Assembly (NCBI RefSeq): GCF_009914755.1
Contig: NC_060938.1
Direction: 5' to 3' (one strand)
From: the human T2T-CHM13v2.0 reference genome, Homo sapiens
DNA: 64,000 nucleotides
Shown: one piece after another, positions 58,902-64,000 of the stretch
Layout: every line of letters starts with the position of its first letter
Numbering within the stretch: position 1 is the first letter of the stretch
Program-made: the position numbers and the translations under genes
Notes under the pieces: model-generated
The model's database searches: none
What the model was told of the DNA's origin: nothing
The model's input: only the letters and a program-made list of their open reading frames with translations

Positions 58902-58986
58902 TTTCTTGTTGATTGCTGGAAACAAGGCAGTAGTGATTCTCCGCTGCCACTGCTACCTTTTTTTTTTTTTTTTTTCCTTAAACTCA

Positions 58987-59160
<174 letters not shown>

Positions 59161-59333
59161 TCATCACCTTCAGGCTTCAGTGTACTGGGTAACACTGACC
59201 ATGTCGTTCTGCTTGAGACAGATATTAGATTTTTTTTGGAATTTGGATCTTTCATCTGAGTTCTTTTTCATGGGCGGGTCGGGGTCAGTATCCTGTTTGT
59301 TATTGTTAAATTTGTATGAACCTTAGAAAAGTT

Positions 59334-59339
59334 ATTAAA
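59334..59339 (+). promoter_or_regulatory. RIOX1 polyadenylation signal (ATTAAA)
   Basis: ATTAAA about 430 nt after the stop codon, followed by a U-rich stretch (tgtttccctttcc). Confidence 0.7.
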
Positions 59340-59556
59340 GTGCCAAAGAATGTTTCCCTTTCCTAAGGCTAGATTATTATGTGGGATGGTTCGAAGAAAT
59401 GCAGGAGCGGGAGGAAGATAGGGAAAATCTATAATGGCTGAAGTGAAAAGCAACCTGGGGTGGTTGTAGCATGTAAAAGGAGCATGTTAATCAACCTCTT
59501 AAGGAAGAGACTCTCAGGCTGGGTGCGGTACTCATGCCTGTAATCCCAGCACTTTA

Positions 59557-59826
<270 letters not shown>

Positions 59827-60953
59827 TTATCTGATTGGGACCAGTTCACTAACTTTGGGGATAATTTATGCTATTTAATTATGCAACCCAATTCTAGTAG
59901 AAAAATTATTTTCTACCAGCTTGTTCAGTTTTAAGATCATGGTATGTTTTTGCTCACTGTTTGCTTACATCCATGGCTGGCACTGCTGTCATAAGGGCAG
60001 CATGTCACCTAGTTGTGCCTTCATAGACCTTAGGCAACCAACTTTTAGCAAGCTGGCCATGAAGGAAGGCTACTGTTCAAGTTACTTTCCACTCTCATTT
60101 TTATTCTGGCAGTTCGAAGAAACTTACCCAAATCTGACAAGTGAATATTCTCATGGTTGGTGGAAAAGTGCCTGATGTACCAGAAAGAGCACTGGACTTG
60201 GAACCAGAAGACCTGGGTTTGGGGTGGTAGCTGGTAGGCAGCTGGCTGAGTGACCTGAGGCTGATGCTACGCTCAGGCACACAGATTTTGTAAGTATATT
60301 TTGGTACAGTTTGATTTCTGCACCCTCATCATTTAGGTTGCGTCTGGGACTCTTAAGAGTCTGTCACCATAATGGATAGTTTTCTGTTATTTAAGGTTGA
60401 GAACTTTACAAATTCTTTTTAAAAAAGTTACAAAAGCATAGACATACACTAAGTAAAAATGATAGTTCTCCCTCCAACCCCACTTTCCAGAGACAAGCAC
60501 TATTTTTTGTTTGTTTGTTTTTTTGTTTGAGACAGGGTCCCACTTTGTTGCCCAGGCTGGGGTACAGTGGTGAGATATTGGGTTACTGCAGCCTCAACCT
60601 CCTGGGCTCAAGCAATCCTCCCATCTCAGCCTCCTTAGTAGATAGGACTACCAGTGTGTGCCACCACACCCAGATAATTTTTATTTATTTATTTTTTTGT
60701 AGAGATGGAGGGGTCTTGCTATGTTGCCCAGACTGGTTTTGAACTCCTGGCCTGGGGTGATCCTCCCACCATGGCCTCCCAAAGCACTGAGAGTTCAGGT
60801 GTGCGCCACCACGCCCAACCACCAACCACTACCACTATTAAGGTTAAGCTCATAAAGCTTTTTTGAGTGCTTAGTCAAACATACATGGTAGTATTGTTTT
60901 ATAAAGACTTGTGTTTTTCTGATATGTCCTTTTTTGACCTAACTTTTAAGTCA

Positions 60954-61346
<393 letters not shown>

Positions 61347-61411
61347 CTAAATTAGAACAAATAATGTTTGAAAAACAAAACAAAACACCTGTACTAGGCA
61401 GCAAATTATCA

Positions 61412-61540
<129 letters not shown>

Positions 61541-61794
61541 CTAGAAAATAAAGAAGTAACTAATTGCATATGCTTATCAGTAGTAGGTGGTACATAAGTG
61601 CCTGAGAACATTGTTCTCTTATGATATTGGTTGGAGATTTTTTATACCTGTTCGTGAAAATTTTACTTCAGCTTTTTGGGCATGATGAACCTGCTAAGAA
61701 TTGCTTGCTTGATGTGAAGTTGGTTTCTTGAATTACCTTTTTAAAGTCCTTTCCCCTCTATTCCTTCATCTTATCTAACAGCTTTGAAAAATTA

Positions 61795-62090
<296 letters not shown>

Positions 62091-62445
62091 TCAAAAAAAA
62101 AAGCAAAAATTATGTTAATCCTTTCAGCTAGAGATTTTCTTTGGTGAGAAAACCCAGATTAGGAATTCAGAAAAATTAAGAAGAAAATCTAGGGGGCCAG
62201 CTCTAGTCCCTTATTCCTTCTCTATGCCTATTTGAAAAAAAGGAAAAATAAACAACTTGGGTTTGGGGTTGATGGGGAGAAAATAGGAAGGGAGGGAAAT
62301 AGTATTTCTGAAACAATGAGGGTTACTTGATAGGACTAATAGGATTTTTGTTTTGTTTTTGTCTTTACTAGTAGGACCTTGTAACCCAATCTTGCACAGA
62401 TGCTTTGCATCTTCAAATGATGTGGCATCTGTGTCTGGGGTTTTA

Positions 62446-62664
<219 letters not shown>

Positions 62665-63604
62665 TTATTCTACCCTGCCCTTTAAAAAAGTATGGGGGTA
62701 GAAAATATAGGACTTGGAATCAGGTAAGAATCCCAAGTTCCAATCCTAACTGTGCAGTTTTGCTGAGCCTTATATGCAAAAATGGTATAATGCTTAGCTT
62801 ACAGGAATAATGTGCAGTTTTTGAGACAATATATTTGTGGGTTTTTTGTTTACTTTTTGTTTTTGCGAGATGGAGTCTTGCTCTGTTTCCCAGAGCTGGA
62901 GTGCAATGGCACGATCTCGTCTCGGCTCACTGCAACCTCCACCTCCCAGGTTCAAGCGATTCTCCTGCCTCAGCCTCCTGAGTTGCTGGGACTACAGGCG
63001 CGTGCCATCATGCCCAGCTAGTTTTTGTATTTTTAGTAGAGATGGGGTTTCACCATGTTGGCCAGGCTGGTCTAGAACTCCTGACCTCAGGTGATCCACC
63101 CGCCTTGGCCTCCCAAAGTGTTGGGGCTACAGGTGTGAGCCACTGCACCCGGCCATGCCCGTCTAATTTTTGTATTTTTAGTAGAGACAGGTTTCACCAT
63201 GTTGGCCAGGCTGGTCTAGAACTCCTGACCTCAGGTGATCCATCTGCCTCAGCCTCCCAAAGTGTTGGGATTACAGATGTGAGCCACCTCATCTGGCCAA
63301 GACAATATATTTGAAGGTGCCAATAGGTACCATTTACTGAACACCTTTATGACAGGCGCTAAACATGTCATCTCATTAATTATCACCACAACCCTATAAT
63401 GTAGACTATCACCTGCATTTGATACATGAAAAAAATGGGCTCACAGAGTTTAAATACCTTACACGGGCTCACATAGCTATTGCATGCCAGAGCTGGAATT
63501 CAAACCCTGGTCTTTTTGACTCTAAAACTTGTCGTCCCAATAGGCATTTGATAAATGTTAGTTGAATATATGAATAACTTAAAACCCATCCTTTTTTTTT
63601 TTGA

Positions 63605-63763
<159 letters not shown>

Positions 63764-64000
63764 TAGTAGAGACAGGGTTTCTCCATTTTGGTCAGGCTGG
63801 TCTCAAACTCCCGACCTCAGGTGATCCTCCTGCCTCAGCCTCCCAAAGTGCTGGGATTACAGGCGTGAGTCATCACACCCGGCCAAAACCCATCCTGGTG
63901 GGGAGAAAAGATGCATGAACTACATAAGCTTGACTTTCAATCTAATTTAGGCCAGTTTTTCAGTTACCTACTTGGGTGAGTGGTGAATGTGCAGGTGAAC

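Overview
Primate genomic DNA (human or great ape), recognisable as the NUMB-HEATR4-RIOX1 locus (human 14q24). Bases 1-24.5 kb are the Alu-saturated first intron of NUMB (minus strand), with non-coding exon 1 and a CpG-island promoter at about 23.6-24.9 kb. The last four coding exons of HEATR4 (minus strand) can be spliced by hand at 62560-62638, 61187-61346, 59026-59084 and 44557-44793. The intronless JmjC hydroxylase gene RIOX1/NO66 (plus strand, 56976-58901) is nested in the last HEATR4 intron, and its 3' UTR overlaps a HEATR4 coding exon on the other strand. The most unexpected signal is an Alu-poor island at about 26.4-34.5 kb. It holds a chain of about ten plus-strand exon-like segments with splice signals, mostly matching phases, scattered stops and frameshifts. 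This looks like a decayed multi-exon gene (candidate unitary pseudogene) head-to-head with NUMB, and I cannot name its family. The rest is roughly 90 Alus plus L1, L2, MIR, MER2, MADE1, MER5, MER20 and MaLR LTR fragments. Nearly all short ORFs in the track are Alu translations. Gene identities rest on recalled sequences, and repeat boundaries are approximate.
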